The notes under the pieces: generated by a model
The model's input: the letters and a program-made list of their open reading frames with translations, nothing else
What the model was told of the DNA's origin: nothing
Database searches by the model: none
Shown here: positions 48,001-58,697 of the stretch, one piece after another
How the letters are laid out: each line of letters starts with the position of its first letter
Position numbering within the stretch: position 1 is the first letter of the stretch
Virus record (IMG/VR): IMGVR_UViG_3300024255_000017
Coordinates: 1-64,000 of that record
Length of the DNA: 64,000 bases
Reading direction: 5' to 3' (one strand)
Origin: a virus
Translations under genes and position numbers: made by a program

Positions 48001-49029
48001 GGTACGCCATTCACTGCAGGAAGTTACCCGGTTGCAGCAACACCTGATGATATATTAGAAATCCAAATAACTCACCCTTATGTAACTAGCTACGCTACTT
48101 ATAAGAAGGCATATGAAAATATGACAGGAGATACTAGTAATACCACATTACCGTCAACAATACCGCCTCTTGGGATTGATTGTACAACTGGTGGAAATGG
48201 TACTGCAAATATTCTATTTAGACAATCTAGATTTATAACTTTGACATCGGATGCGCAATTAGGTAAATCTCAAGCCATCTACTTAAATGAAAATGCTGTT
48301 GATTTAACTGCATTAAGTAGTAGTACAGATTTTAATGGAATCGTATGGCCTAATGGTCAACAATTACAGGCTAGCCCATCTATTACTGCTATTGGTCCAT
48401 TAGGACAAGCAGGGGATCCTAATTTAGTAGACGGCGGGTCAGGTTATAGTAGAAATGTTAAAGGTGCATTTGAAAACTTTGATCAATATACACTAGGACA
48501 ACAGGGATGTGGATCATATCTCTTTGTGTCGTCTGATGACCACTTAAATTTACAGACAGGTGGAGATTCAGCACAATCTTCAAAATTAATACAATTCGGT
48601 CAACAAAATTCAATAAACATACCTATGGTATTTCAATATAGAATGACTGATTACTTTGGTACTGGTTCAGGTGCTGATGGTGGTATAGGTAATATTGGTG
48701 GAGATTCTACTGGTGCTACTACAAATATAACTTATGCAAAGAAAATAGGATTTGATATTTATCCTAATAACTCAGAGCCTTACCAATATGATGTTGAAAT
48801 ATTTGCAAAATACCGATCAAACAAATTAAATATAAATGTGTTCCCAACTAAAACAGTAACCAAAGGGTTAAATGATTTAGAAAAGGTATTAACGAAACTA
48901 AGCCCAACAGTTACTTCAACTAGAGTTAACAGAATAGTTAACGAAGGTGGCGTAGGTGGCGGTCGTGGTGGTGGAATTAACAGAGGTTTATTTACTGAGG
49001 ATAGTGGCCCTGGTAACAATGTACTGTAA
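45100..49029 (+). CDS. Large putative virion structural protein
   Basis: 1309 aa, coiled coil and FN3-like EVQVKSISEAGW...SDWS. Confidence 0.6.
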   Translation: MAENNSISTMLPELLRLFNNSLESFEKVNQAITSSNESVTINIQNNDGTNSRVTIPSFGFLKNSVDRLQNNIDTITNVGGQNSSIRLSDGTFRKLVLAKLPTEAIDLTSINSIENFNIKPNWFFEELINPLLYVSFDLTGQVPIDTERAIIQRYILNTNTQSKINFFNNTYNGRADISYDEFLQQIVERNISYVLDEDVVDLPPRVKRYTGKFSVLRISDVTSTDVINGASVTTQRKQYKLNKIFYTDVEADFDDTVQLSVGDSLEVLSNPISTRYKVTNVDSSTNTVIVELVEGSDPIRIGADQLKIASSLEDNVQVDVTVGFNERCITFVKPIDPDSKIPAVNWSPGSGYYTNTLTTINADGVKQTLAEYYQQSAIDFGSMLLSFADDKIPTTREGIKPNSPILNDSDFSVKLINAQVSDSSSIVELTDLNNQKNTIEATLKELDGAIAQSRTKIQTTNYKTEVERDADKNALQGLITERSSQAELYASVVKEIDAKAKDNSVSSITPKYRARGFWAMPEEKSTPATGLQSIVKFKTRYRYLSSDGAANPVDQFTFKDGSGDTQGAFSNYNIVESTLRPRAKSSLTGVYQWVDINTDNADAVNINQLDIPIRKGEQVEVQVKSISEAGWPSNPLESDWSNSIILTFPADLSSDNATEAIINQNQQDLAKVALEQDLNEMGIQEHLSSSFVANETYFAHSSPVIASGFLSENQTPIDLFTKLSQMQSQLDLFQELLAQAQGNLVVTIIDDQGNVQNLKRNSVTKIFAGFYAQEVTNLDDPRGAIISKTFFINLANNEQTGLRLISRISGNRSRMVKQSENPNYVGNISSITGGTTILPATYSWLDNSQANQSNNQPTFKSDDADYNTVRKYDLTPIILSNPDVTAQTKYGQTTSLSPFQSTQNKNQFINSRFSDVSSENDFYSYSRPGDGKFTFNLDTAENFYGRQNGTMGTTSGQFIWGGGFNEDGTPFTAGSYPVAATPDDILEIQITHPYVTSYATYKKAYENMTGDTSNTTLPSTIPPLGIDCTTGGNGTANILFRQSRFITLTSDAQLGKSQAIYLNENAVDLTALSSSTDFNGIVWPNGQQLQASPSITAIGPLGQAGDPNLVDGGSGYSRNVKGAFENFDQYTLGQQGCGSYLFVSSDDHLNLQTGGDSAQSSKLIQFGQQNSINIPMVFQYRMTDYFGTGSGADGGIGNIGGDSTGATTNITYAKKIGFDIYPNNSEPYQYDVEIFAKYRSNKLNINVFPTKTVTKGLNDLEKVLTKLSPTVTSTRVNRIVNEGGVGGGRGGGINRGLFTEDSGPGNNVL

Positions 49030-49083
49030 ACATTTAATTTTTCACTAATCGTTTGGTGAATAAATAAAAAAAGTGAAAATTAA

Positions 49084-52000
49084 ATGGCCGAAAAATTATT
49101 TGATAAAGCATCCTATAGTATAGCTAGAACTAATCCTAAGTTAACAGGTAATGTTAAACTTGTTAGTGATGGTAGTAATTTGTATCTAGAATCATTTAGT
49201 GCTAATACTGAACTGTCATCTTCTACATTTAAAGCATTTAAAATAAGTGGTAAAGATACTTATGATAGAGATGTTTGGAAATTCTTTCAAGGTGGAAAGT
49301 TCCCAGCACAATTAGCATATGAGGTATTCCAAGAATACCAAGATGTATCAGTATTATCCCAATATCAAAACCAGTATGAAATGTTTTATTCAGCTGGTAC
49401 TAGATCAGTCTCGTCCAATTCATATTCTCAAGAGTTAGGAATGCTCGCGCCTTTATGGTTAAACGAACAAATTCCTGAAAAATTTGTAATATTTAGAATA
49501 GACAATCCTGCTGCTGTTAATAATATAATGGCAACAGTACAAAACACCAATTCTGATTTAGCACAAACATCAGCTGCATTTACTAAAAATGTTTTGGAGA
49601 ATTGTACTGCCGTTAAAACTTTTGATTTAACAACAAATAGTTTACTAGGATCTTATATTAGAAACTATAGATCACAAGAATCCTTTCCTGCATCACCGCT
49701 AAATATTTCATGGAGAAAGGATGAAGCAATGCAATGGGCAGGAATTAATTACAGTAAAGGTGGATTCACATCGGCTGGTAGTTTTTCATATGATGGGATA
49801 GTCACAGAAGATGCTACTATTATACAAAATGAATTCTTTTTTACTGAAGGGTTTGAAAGAAATAATGTTTTATTAGCTAATCTAATTAACATGGAATTTT
49901 TATTTACTGATGAAACTGCTTCTGATTATTCGGTAAACAGATACTTTGGTTTATATGTAAATGAAGTAGAGGAAGGTCGTTTTGATTTATCAGGAGAAGG
50001 GTTTTATAAAAATATTGAAAAAACACAATTACCTAAAATAACCACCATCACTGAAGTATCGGAACAATTAAATACACCGTTTGAAATTTCTAACAGTCAA
50101 GGTGTTTTACTTTATATTGATCCAGCTAAAACAGAAACTATTACAGGTGTACCAACTCCTAGTAGAGTAAATGAAGTTGAGTCAATCTTTTATGTTAAAG
50201 ATAAAGAAGAAAATTTTCATACTGTTAAGAAAGGATCTAAATGGGGTACTAATCAAATAAGAATTTTTGATACGGCTGTTGATGTATCAAAATTTGCTGG
50301 TTTTAAAAGCCCTGATACTTTTGCAGATGCAAAAATTATTAATAGAAAAGGTAAAGCTACATGTTCTTTTAAAATTGCAAATGAATTATTAAACGGGTTA
50401 AGTATTACGTTTTATGATGGAATAGATTTAATAGGAGAAGTTGCAGCTACTTCAATAGAGGCACCTGTACCAGGATCCAATAAACAGCAATTCTTTAATC
50501 CTAATGGAACTAATCAAGAAATAGCTAAAGCAATAACTAATGCAATAAATCAAGGCATATCACCAGAGAAAAGATTTTTTGTAGCTTCTTATAATGATGA
50601 TACCGTTTATGTTCAGTCAAGATTTGGTGGGAGCAGATTTAATAGACTTAACTTTAAGATTAATTATTCAGCATACCCTTTACAGATAGATAATTTAGTA
50701 ACCTATCCACTTGCTACAATAGTAGATGATAATAAAAACTTTGTTGGTGGTAATGATGTAAATTCATCTTTATTAAGAGTTGCTAATGGCGACCAAGATA
50801 GATTTGTATTAGGTAATTGGATTCAGTCAAAAAATGGTTACGCTGAAATAGGTAACTGGGTTCCTTACTTAGAAAATCCAGTAGAAGACAACACAGGAAC
50901 TGTTACAAGCTATAAAGAAATCGATGAGTATGTTATTATAACTTTAAATGATAATCAGATACAAGTTACTAATAGTGGACAAGTTGCACTGTACTCTGAC
51001 TATAAACCTTCGTTTGGTAGATTTTCAATATTTCCTATGAAGGATTTTGATTATGACTTCTTTAGTACTATGTATAGTCAAATGGGTGAATTAGATTATG
51101 AGTATGATCAATATAACGTAGGCAGCGGCGGTGTATATTACAATATTAGTGCTAATCCTAATGTTAGAGATTTTTATGATTCTGGTGGATTTTTTAAATT
51201 AGTGGGGTTATTAAGAGAGGCAGACCCGGACAAAGATTTTGATTCAGTCATTTCTTCAGAGTATGACAGATTAGAAGAAAACTTTTTAAGGCAGCAATCA
51301 GTAGCATCTAGAGTTATTCCATATATTAATAAATGGTCTTGGGTAAACGAAGGTAAGAATGTTAGAAACCTTCCATATAGTTTAAATGTTAATGAAGCAT
51401 TTAGCCAAAATAATTTTTCACCTTCTAAATATACAACAGGACAAAATGCAGAAGGGTTTACTCATGAATGGTATTACTTATGTGAATTTCCAGATTACTT
51501 TAATAATTCAGCAGCAATAAAAAGTTCATGGAGTTATATTGATAAGGCACCTGTTGATACTATAGAAACAAATCCTTTAACTGGTGCGGTATACACACCA
51601 GGTACTTTTCAAAAGGTTGATAGAGATTATTTTAATGATTATTTTATAGTAGATAAATTTACAACCGGTGGTGTTGTTAATTTAATTGACAGACAATTAA
51701 GATATGGTAGATTTAGCGGTGGTGATGAAAAGAATTTTGCAGAATCATTTTTGCGCGGTGTTAGGATTATTGCAAAAACTAAAGCGGATGTTTTAGCTAA
51801 ACCTAATTTTAATGCAAGGTCACAAAAATATGTTAGTGACGGTAGATTTAATGATTATAGATTTTCAGTAATGTTAATTCCTAATGCACCAGATAAACCT
51901 GAAACTCAGGTGAAGTTTGTAAAAAATGATAAATGGAAAACTGTTGTTATGATGGTATTCTTAGCATTAGAAAATGACTGTATAAATGGTATAGGTGACC

Positions 52001-53688
52001 AGAGTATTGACCGAACAACATTGTATTCATATGAAAGTCATTTTGTAGGAAGTCCTGTAATAGGTGAATCATGTAAACCGTTTATAAATCCACTAGGGGA
52101 TTATGAATATTTAGATGGCCCTCTACAAGGAGCAATTAATTTTAGTGCATCTGGTTGGAATGGAGCAGCTGATGCATTCTTAATACAGGGTACTATGGAT
52201 TCTAATGGAAATTTAACTAGATTTTTACGTGATGTTTCTATAGGTTCTAGTGGTAACTTTAATTCAATAGAAATGGTGATAGGTTCAGATGTCTATGAGA
52301 TTAACGATATTGTTAAAGTTATAAGTGATGATAGATTATTTGCTAAAACTATATTAAAGAATGGTAGCAGTTTTGTACCTGGTGGATTATCACCATCTAT
52401 AAATGATGCGAAGAGTGCCGATTATAAGGTAATCGGTGGTGGCTTTAATACATATTCATCCAGATTAAATGATACTGGTTTTGCAACATTATTTAGATTT
52501 ATTAATGAAGGTGCACCTGGTATTATTTATGAAACTATTGACGAGGATGGAAATAGAGTGCTATCACCTGATGGTTCTATTGCTGAAACCTTCTCTATAG
52601 AACTTAGAGCACAAGAAGATATTTTAAAATCAGTTTACATAGGGAGGTTACCAGATCCTGCTAAACCGACTAAGTTTAATCTTACCGATGTTATAGGCTA
52701 TGATTTATCACTTCAGACAAAACCTAGAATAACACCAATTGGAAGACATGCTGGAACATATCAACCTACTACCAAGAACTTATTTTATTTCAGAGATCCT
52801 TATATAGACCTTTTAGTTATAACTGGTGATGATGCAGTGTATAAAGAAAAGGTAAAAGATTTATGTAGGTATTCAAATACTCAGTTTAATTCTAGTGATA
52901 CTCAAAATTTTGGTCAATTAAGAAATCTGTTTTATCATAAAGTAAACGAAGAAGATCCATCCACTATATTAGAGCTTTCAACAGAGGATGCATTCTTAAG
53001 TCTATATCCACTCATAAATGAAATTGGTATAGCAAAAAGAGACTTCTATATATTTTCTTCTAACTGGGAACCTTCTTATTTTAGAAAGAGTATAGATAAA
53101 TCTGAAGTTGAATCCATCATAGGCACACGATCCATGACAGAGAAAAAATCCTTCCTAGGTTCTAAATATTTAAAGGTTCCACATGAAATTAAACTAGAAA
53201 CATTTTTACATGAGCCTGTTGCAGTTAAAGCTGCGATAAAACAACCTAGCTTAATAAAAGGTACATTTATGACCAGGGAGAATGACACTTCTGTATTATT
53301 CTATATGTTTATACAAAAAAGATTAATTCAATTTTTATTCGAACCTATTAAGGAACAGTTTAAAAAATACATTAAGCCTGAATTTGGTTTTGGTGATATT
53401 GATACATTAGATGATGATGTTGAGAGATACATAACTCAAAATATTTTACATCTATATAAGTTAGATAGTATTGACTTTTATGTTAAAAGTACCAGAGTTG
53501 ATGCACCGTTGGATTATTCTACTGCTCAGTTAAATAATGCTGATAAAGTAGAAAATGGTTTAACTGTTAATACTTCAATAGGATCAAAAATATTAAATAC
53601 AAATCCATTTGATCTTAGCCTAATATATAACAAAAGAAAGGGTTTTACTGAATCATTTGGATTTAGCATTACTATAGTTAAAAAATAA
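49084..53688 (+). CDS. Large putative virion structural protein
   Basis: 1534 aa in the late module. Confidence 0.6.
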   Translation: MAEKLFDKASYSIARTNPKLTGNVKLVSDGSNLYLESFSANTELSSSTFKAFKISGKDTYDRDVWKFFQGGKFPAQLAYEVFQEYQDVSVLSQYQNQYEMFYSAGTRSVSSNSYSQELGMLAPLWLNEQIPEKFVIFRIDNPAAVNNIMATVQNTNSDLAQTSAAFTKNVLENCTAVKTFDLTTNSLLGSYIRNYRSQESFPASPLNISWRKDEAMQWAGINYSKGGFTSAGSFSYDGIVTEDATIIQNEFFFTEGFERNNVLLANLINMEFLFTDETASDYSVNRYFGLYVNEVEEGRFDLSGEGFYKNIEKTQLPKITTITEVSEQLNTPFEISNSQGVLLYIDPAKTETITGVPTPSRVNEVESIFYVKDKEENFHTVKKGSKWGTNQIRIFDTAVDVSKFAGFKSPDTFADAKIINRKGKATCSFKIANELLNGLSITFYDGIDLIGEVAATSIEAPVPGSNKQQFFNPNGTNQEIAKAITNAINQGISPEKRFFVASYNDDTVYVQSRFGGSRFNRLNFKINYSAYPLQIDNLVTYPLATIVDDNKNFVGGNDVNSSLLRVANGDQDRFVLGNWIQSKNGYAEIGNWVPYLENPVEDNTGTVTSYKEIDEYVIITLNDNQIQVTNSGQVALYSDYKPSFGRFSIFPMKDFDYDFFSTMYSQMGELDYEYDQYNVGSGGVYYNISANPNVRDFYDSGGFFKLVGLLREADPDKDFDSVISSEYDRLEENFLRQQSVASRVIPYINKWSWVNEGKNVRNLPYSLNVNEAFSQNNFSPSKYTTGQNAEGFTHEWYYLCEFPDYFNNSAAIKSSWSYIDKAPVDTIETNPLTGAVYTPGTFQKVDRDYFNDYFIVDKFTTGGVVNLIDRQLRYGRFSGGDEKNFAESFLRGVRIIAKTKADVLAKPNFNARSQKYVSDGRFNDYRFSVMLIPNAPDKPETQVKFVKNDKWKTVVMMVFLALENDCINGIGDQSIDRTTLYSYESHFVGSPVIGESCKPFINPLGDYEYLDGPLQGAINFSASGWNGAADAFLIQGTMDSNGNLTRFLRDVSIGSSGNFNSIEMVIGSDVYEINDIVKVISDDRLFAKTILKNGSSFVPGGLSPSINDAKSADYKVIGGGFNTYSSRLNDTGFATLFRFINEGAPGIIYETIDEDGNRVLSPDGSIAETFSIELRAQEDILKSVYIGRLPDPAKPTKFNLTDVIGYDLSLQTKPRITPIGRHAGTYQPTTKNLFYFRDPYIDLLVITGDDAVYKEKVKDLCRYSNTQFNSSDTQNFGQLRNLFYHKVNEEDPSTILELSTEDAFLSLYPLINEIGIAKRDFYIFSSNWEPSYFRKSIDKSEVESIIGTRSMTEKKSFLGSKYLKVPHEIKLETFLHEPVAVKAAIKQPSLIKGTFMTRENDTSVLFYMFIQKRLIQFLFEPIKEQFKKYIKPEFGFGDIDTLDDDVERYITQNILHLYKLDSIDFYVKSTRVDAPLDYSTAQLNNADKVENGLTVNTSIGSKILNTNPFDLSLIYNKRKGFTESFGFSITIVKK

Positions 53689-53695
53689 TAATAAA

Positions 53696-56266
53696 ATGGC
53701 GATAACCATACAAGAATTAATTGCATCAGATACTGTTTCACAGGCTGTAGATAAGATTAATTTTAATTTTGATCAACTGATACTTAATGGCGGTGGTCCT
53801 TTAGGCCCGTCAGGTCCACAAGGCCCGGCAGGTCCAATTGGTGGTAGAGGAGAACGTGGTACAGAGTGGTATGAAGATGACTCAGTAACCGGACCAGGTA
53901 AAGACCCAAATGCCTTCCCACCAACTTTGCTTCCATTAAAGGCAGATTACTATCTACAATTTGATGGACAAGTTTGGGAATATAATGGTAGCTTATGGGA
54001 AGAGACGGAGGTTAATCTTACAGGACCGCAAGGCCCTACTGGTGCATCGGTTGGATTATCACAATTTGGTAATTCACCTAATCCTGGTAACCCAGGTGGC
54101 GTTGCACCAAATAATTATGCACAGAACGCTAAGAACGTAGGGTACCCTTCATTAATGGCAGCAGGATCACAGACTATTTCTACTGACAATCAAGGTGTAC
54201 CTACCTTTGCTGTTGGTATTGCAGGACCTAATGATATTGCAACATATCCTAATGGTGTATCTGTAACACAAGACTTTAGATTACTAGAAGAGTTTGCAGG
54301 AACACTTGATTCAACTAATACAAGTTTTCTATTACATCAGAAAAACAGCGGTGCTACTGCGTTGCGTTTTATGGGCGGTATTCAAGCAGGTGAAAATTTT
54401 GAGCAGCTAGATTATAGTAAGTTATCACAAATAAAGTTATCTTCTGATGACACTTTAAATATATCAGTACCTAAATCACCTACTGCTATAAATAACATAA
54501 ATGATACTATTGGTTTTAATATAGAAACTGCCGAAAGAGGTCAGACTTATAGATCTGGTGCTGGGTTTAAGTTTGTTACTGGAACAAAAGGTGGGTCTGG
54601 GTCACCGTTCTTTAATTCTAATTTTGAAGCAACGGTTTCTACATTTAATCCACTAGGTAGCTCTGAAAAGGGTAAATTTGATTTAAACACCACTGGTACT
54701 GGTGCTATTACTAGGCTACAGATGGGTGGTGATGATATAACAATACCTACCACGACATCAGCTACTGGGTTTTTAGTAGCGGAGGCTAGGAATATAGATC
54801 TTGTGTCTTCAAGCCAAATTGAACTTAATGCAGGATCTGATGCTTATATAAAATCCCAAGGAGCTACTTTAACCGTTGATGGTAATATTCAATTAAGTAC
54901 AGTAGCAACAGGTGAAATTAATCTTACTTCTAATGGTAGTGGAGATGTAATTTTAAAATCAGATGGAGGAGGTATTACTGGAATATATAGTAATCTTTCT
55001 ATAGGTTTAGCTGCTGGTTCACTATCTGAAACTTTCTTTGACCTTGACACAGTAGGTGGTGCCTTTCTTAAAACACAGGTAGTTAATAATAATATTATAC
55101 TTGATGCATCAGGAACGAGCAATAGTATTGAATTAAAAGCTAGAGAAAATATTGAACTGCGAACTACTTCTGCTGATTCTAATATCTTCCCTAATGTTAA
55201 AGCTTTATTTGATGGTGTAACTAATCCATCTATTTCATATAGAGGTAAATCAACATGGGGAGCATCTTTAGCACAGGTACCTAATTCGCTTATAAATGCA
55301 CCGGTATATAAACATGAATGGACAAACCTAGCGGCAGCAGATGCTCCTATACTTGGTGGTTCAGTAGTAAGGCAAATGGGTAGTCAATCTTATATGACTA
55401 ATTCAGGTGTACAATACCAACAATATAATGATGGGTTTACTGCTATGATGATTGGTAAACCTGCCTATAATAGCGGTGTGCTAGGTGGTGATAGATTAGG
55501 ATTATTTGTCAACAATCTAGCCAGTACAGTACCGCCACAATTTAGTAATTCTGGGACAGTAAAGGAAAATCCGGCAATGGAGCAAGTTAGAATAGATTCC
55601 ACGACTACTAAAATTAGTAATAATTTTTGTTTAGGTGGTGAAAACGGGAATGAAGTATTAAATCTTGACCCGCTATGGGACACTACAGATATTGACGGGA
55701 GGACTATTGAAATTACCCCTGGTACCCCATATTTACAAGTTAACATAGGTACATTTACACCAGTGAATAGTCAAATAGCAATTAATAGTATGCCTTTTGG
55801 AAATCGTACACAGGCATGGGAATGTGATTTAATATTAAAATTTAACCCATCCAATATGTATCATGGGGCGCAGTTTATTATTGAAATATATAACATGCCA
55901 TCTAAGTTTGCATGGAGTGGAAACTATAACAGTAGCTATGCTACACAGTATGGAAAAATAAATGTATTTTATGAAAATTTAGATAATGCAGGTACTGTTA
56001 CTACAAAGTCAGCAGGATCAATTGAGACTGATGCTAATGATATCTCAGGTTTTGGTAGTGGTACAACTACATATACAGCTAAAGTTGGCCTGTATAAATT
56101 TGGTTTTAGTAACATGGGTGTTAAAACTTTTTATAATGGAAACGGTGTGGGTGCCGCCGGTGGATTAAATTTACAAAAAGGGTGGACATTACATCAATCT
56201 ATCTTTACTACGTTCCAAGAAGAAAATAATACCTCATACAGTATGCAGGCACCGGCTAATTCATAA
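53696..56266 (+). CDS. Tail fibre protein with short collagen segments
   Basis: N-terminal DTVSQAVDKINFNFDQL, GPxGPQGP repeats, beta-rich shaft. Confidence 0.75.
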   Translation: MAITIQELIASDTVSQAVDKINFNFDQLILNGGGPLGPSGPQGPAGPIGGRGERGTEWYEDDSVTGPGKDPNAFPPTLLPLKADYYLQFDGQVWEYNGSLWEETEVNLTGPQGPTGASVGLSQFGNSPNPGNPGGVAPNNYAQNAKNVGYPSLMAAGSQTISTDNQGVPTFAVGIAGPNDIATYPNGVSVTQDFRLLEEFAGTLDSTNTSFLLHQKNSGATALRFMGGIQAGENFEQLDYSKLSQIKLSSDDTLNISVPKSPTAINNINDTIGFNIETAERGQTYRSGAGFKFVTGTKGGSGSPFFNSNFEATVSTFNPLGSSEKGKFDLNTTGTGAITRLQMGGDDITIPTTTSATGFLVAEARNIDLVSSSQIELNAGSDAYIKSQGATLTVDGNIQLSTVATGEINLTSNGSGDVILKSDGGGITGIYSNLSIGLAAGSLSETFFDLDTVGGAFLKTQVVNNNIILDASGTSNSIELKARENIELRTTSADSNIFPNVKALFDGVTNPSISYRGKSTWGASLAQVPNSLINAPVYKHEWTNLAAADAPILGGSVVRQMGSQSYMTNSGVQYQQYNDGFTAMMIGKPAYNSGVLGGDRLGLFVNNLASTVPPQFSNSGTVKENPAMEQVRIDSTTTKISNNFCLGGENGNEVLNLDPLWDTTDIDGRTIEITPGTPYLQVNIGTFTPVNSQIAINSMPFGNRTQAWECDLILKFNPSNMYHGAQFIIEIYNMPSKFAWSGNYNSSYATQYGKINVFYENLDNAGTVTTKSAGSIETDANDISGFGSGTTTYTAKVGLYKFGFSNMGVKTFYNGNGVGAAGGLNLQKGWTLHQSIFTTFQEENNTSYSMQAPANS

Positions 56267-56295
56267 TTAGAAGATTAATATTTAAATAAATAAAA

Positions 56296-56538
56296 ATGAC
56301 AAAAAAGGAAAAAAAGGAATTAACTAGTTTTGTAGATAGATATAAACAAATAGAAACTTCTATTGATCTAATGCAAAAAAGTATTTTAAGTTTAGCTGAT
56401 AAAAGAGATAAACTTTTTGATGAATTAGATACCATGAAAAGTCAAGAAAAAACTTTTATGGAAAAGCTTATTAAAAAATATGGAGAAAGTAATGTTACTC
56501 CTTATAAGTTAATGAAAATTTACGAGGAAGGTATATGA
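56296..56538 (+). CDS. Small coiled-coil protein
   Basis: ORF track. Confidence 0.75.
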   Translation: MTKKEKKELTSFVDRYKQIETSIDLMQKSILSLADKRDKLFDELDTMKSQEKTFMEKLIKKYGESNVTPYKLMKIYEEGI

Positions 56539-57305
56539 TAATTTTAAAAAACATAATAGCGATAATCACTGATCCTAAAAATACAAGAATGTTTTTATTA
56601 GGTGGTATTGTAGTGTTGTGTTTTTTATTGTTTAGACAGTGCGAACAAACTAATATAGCAAAGAGTGAAGCTACTAAGATTAGTAATAATTGGAAAGCTT
56701 CGTTAGATACAATTGAAAACTATATTGACAAAAATGGAAATGCTGCCGCTGAAATAAGAGCTCTTAATTTAACATTAGAAGAAATTGAAGATGAGCTAGA
56801 GTTTGAGAAAGATAAACCGCCGTTGACTATTATTAAAACTGAAACGGTAATAAAGGAAGTTATTGTAGAGGTACCGGTAAATGTTATTGATACTATATTA
56901 GGTAATTTTAATTCAGCATTAACAGTTTCCGATTCTGCTACCTGGGGTAAAAGTTTTAGAGATATTGGAGTTTTTGTTCCTTATGAAATTGATGGTACTT
57001 TAATAAATTTTGGTAATGCTACTATTGATCTAAAACAAAATATATTTTTATCTGCCTCATTAACAAGAGACAATAAAACAAAAGAATTATTTGTAAATCT
57101 TTTAACTGATTATCCTGGTACTACTTTTAATAGTGCAGAAGGTATATTAATTGACCAAAGGAGTAGCGCGTTTAAAAGCTTACAATATGAAAACAGAAAA
57201 ACATTAGGACTAGGATTACAACTAGGTGTCGGTTTCAGCGGTAACGGAGTTGCACCTTATGTTGGTATAGGTTTAAACTATACCCCTAAGTTTTTACAAT
57301 GGTAA
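56535..57305 (+). CDS. Membrane-anchored protein with C-terminal beta strands (spanin-like candidate)
   Basis: N-terminal TM, coiled coil, C-terminal GLGLQLGVG...PYVGIGLNY. Confidence 0.5.
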   Translation: MIILKNIIAIITDPKNTRMFLLGGIVVLCFLLFRQCEQTNIAKSEATKISNNWKASLDTIENYIDKNGNAAAEIRALNLTLEEIEDELEFEKDKPPLTIIKTETVIKEVIVEVPVNVIDTILGNFNSALTVSDSATWGKSFRDIGVFVPYEIDGTLINFGNATIDLKQNIFLSASLTRDNKTKELFVNLLTDYPGTTFNSAEGILIDQRSSAFKSLQYENRKTLGLGLQLGVGFSGNGVAPYVGIGLNYTPKFLQW

Positions 57306-57317
57306 ATAAATAAAATA

Positions 57318-58697
57318 ATGGAATCATCTAAATTTTTACAATTATCAGAAGGAATATTATTAGAGTATATTTACACTAGTCAATCTGAACCAACTGAACT
57401 TAACACTGCTGACTATCCGATAGACATAATGCGAGACGGTCATACCGGTGGTAGCTATCTATTTAATACAAGTGATGTTTCGGCTGAAATGGGTAACTAT
57501 ACAGATATCTCTGCTGCTGCTATTAATGTAAATAAAACTCAGTACGCATATTTAGATACTGATATAGGAGTACCTTATAATGATTTTGATCCATTATTGA
57601 CTAACACGGTAGACCTCCTACAGACGTTCTCCCCTCAGCTAAATATAGCATATGATAAAATAAGAGTACATTTTATCTCAGGCTTTTCATTTACAGGATT
57701 TGATGGTATTATATTTGAAACCTTAGTACCTCGTAGGGATGGTGTATTATTAAACCTATCTTCAATAAACTTTTTAAAGACTGATACTCCGGTATTTAAT
57801 CCAGATCCAGTTTTAATAAATGATAATCTTTATGCCAGTTTTATTGAATGGAGAGTACCATCTCTTTACTTCATGAATAACAGCTTTAATGCTGCTGATT
57901 CTAATGGCCTAGGATTTAAGTTAACTGAAGGTAAAGGATTTTTAAGTACTCCTACAATTACATTTAAGGCTACAGGTATTTATGAAACTATAGTTGAAAA
58001 TAGTTATAGCTATTATAATGTAGAAGAAATAAATTCAGTTACATTACCAAGTAGGGATATTTATGATAATCTTTATGCTAGTGTTACAGAGGCGGAAGGT
58101 GGTGATTATTTTGAATTAACAGGTTTGGTAACAGGTTCAACATTTTCTAATTTTATAAGTCAGCTAAACGCCACGTCAGGTGGAGCAAACAATATAGTAT
58201 TTCATGAAATTAATGTGAGTGAGCAAATAGATACTTCATTTGTTAAGACTAGCACACAGGTATTTACACAGACTAACAGTTTTGATAATCCTATTCTATT
58301 TAGACCAATTATTTTAAATAGTGCTATTGCCGCTTCTTTTACAATTAATTATATGCTAAGAATTTATAACCGAGCTGATAATACTCAGATAATTAAGCAA
58401 GCTAAATTAACTTCATTTGATGTAAAGAAATACGGAAGGCGATTAATGAAAATAAATTTAGGAGTAGTTCCAACTGTGGCTAATGTATACAATCAAATTG
58501 CACCGAATGATGGAAACAATATTATTGTAAACAATGGTGGAAATGGAGGAGCTGGACAAACAACAGAAAAAATAGTAGAACAACTGGTAGTGAAAACTAA
58601 GTATGTAACTTCATTTAGAGATAAATTACATGTGAAGGCGTCAATATCTCCAGCTAAAATACAAACAATAACAGAAACCGATGGATCAACAGAATAA
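57318..58697 (+). CDS. Putative structural protein
   Basis: Late module. Confidence 0.6.
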   Translation: MESSKFLQLSEGILLEYIYTSQSEPTELNTADYPIDIMRDGHTGGSYLFNTSDVSAEMGNYTDISAAAINVNKTQYAYLDTDIGVPYNDFDPLLTNTVDLLQTFSPQLNIAYDKIRVHFISGFSFTGFDGIIFETLVPRRDGVLLNLSSINFLKTDTPVFNPDPVLINDNLYASFIEWRVPSLYFMNNSFNAADSNGLGFKLTEGKGFLSTPTITFKATGIYETIVENSYSYYNVEEINSVTLPSRDIYDNLYASVTEAEGGDYFELTGLVTGSTFSNFISQLNATSGGANNIVFHEINVSEQIDTSFVKTSTQVFTQTNSFDNPILFRPIILNSAIAASFTINYMLRIYNRADNTQIIKQAKLTSFDVKKYGRRLMKINLGVVPTVANVYNQIAPNDGNNIIVNNGGNGGAGQTTEKIVEQLVVKTKYVTSFRDKLHVKASISPAKIQTITETDGSTE

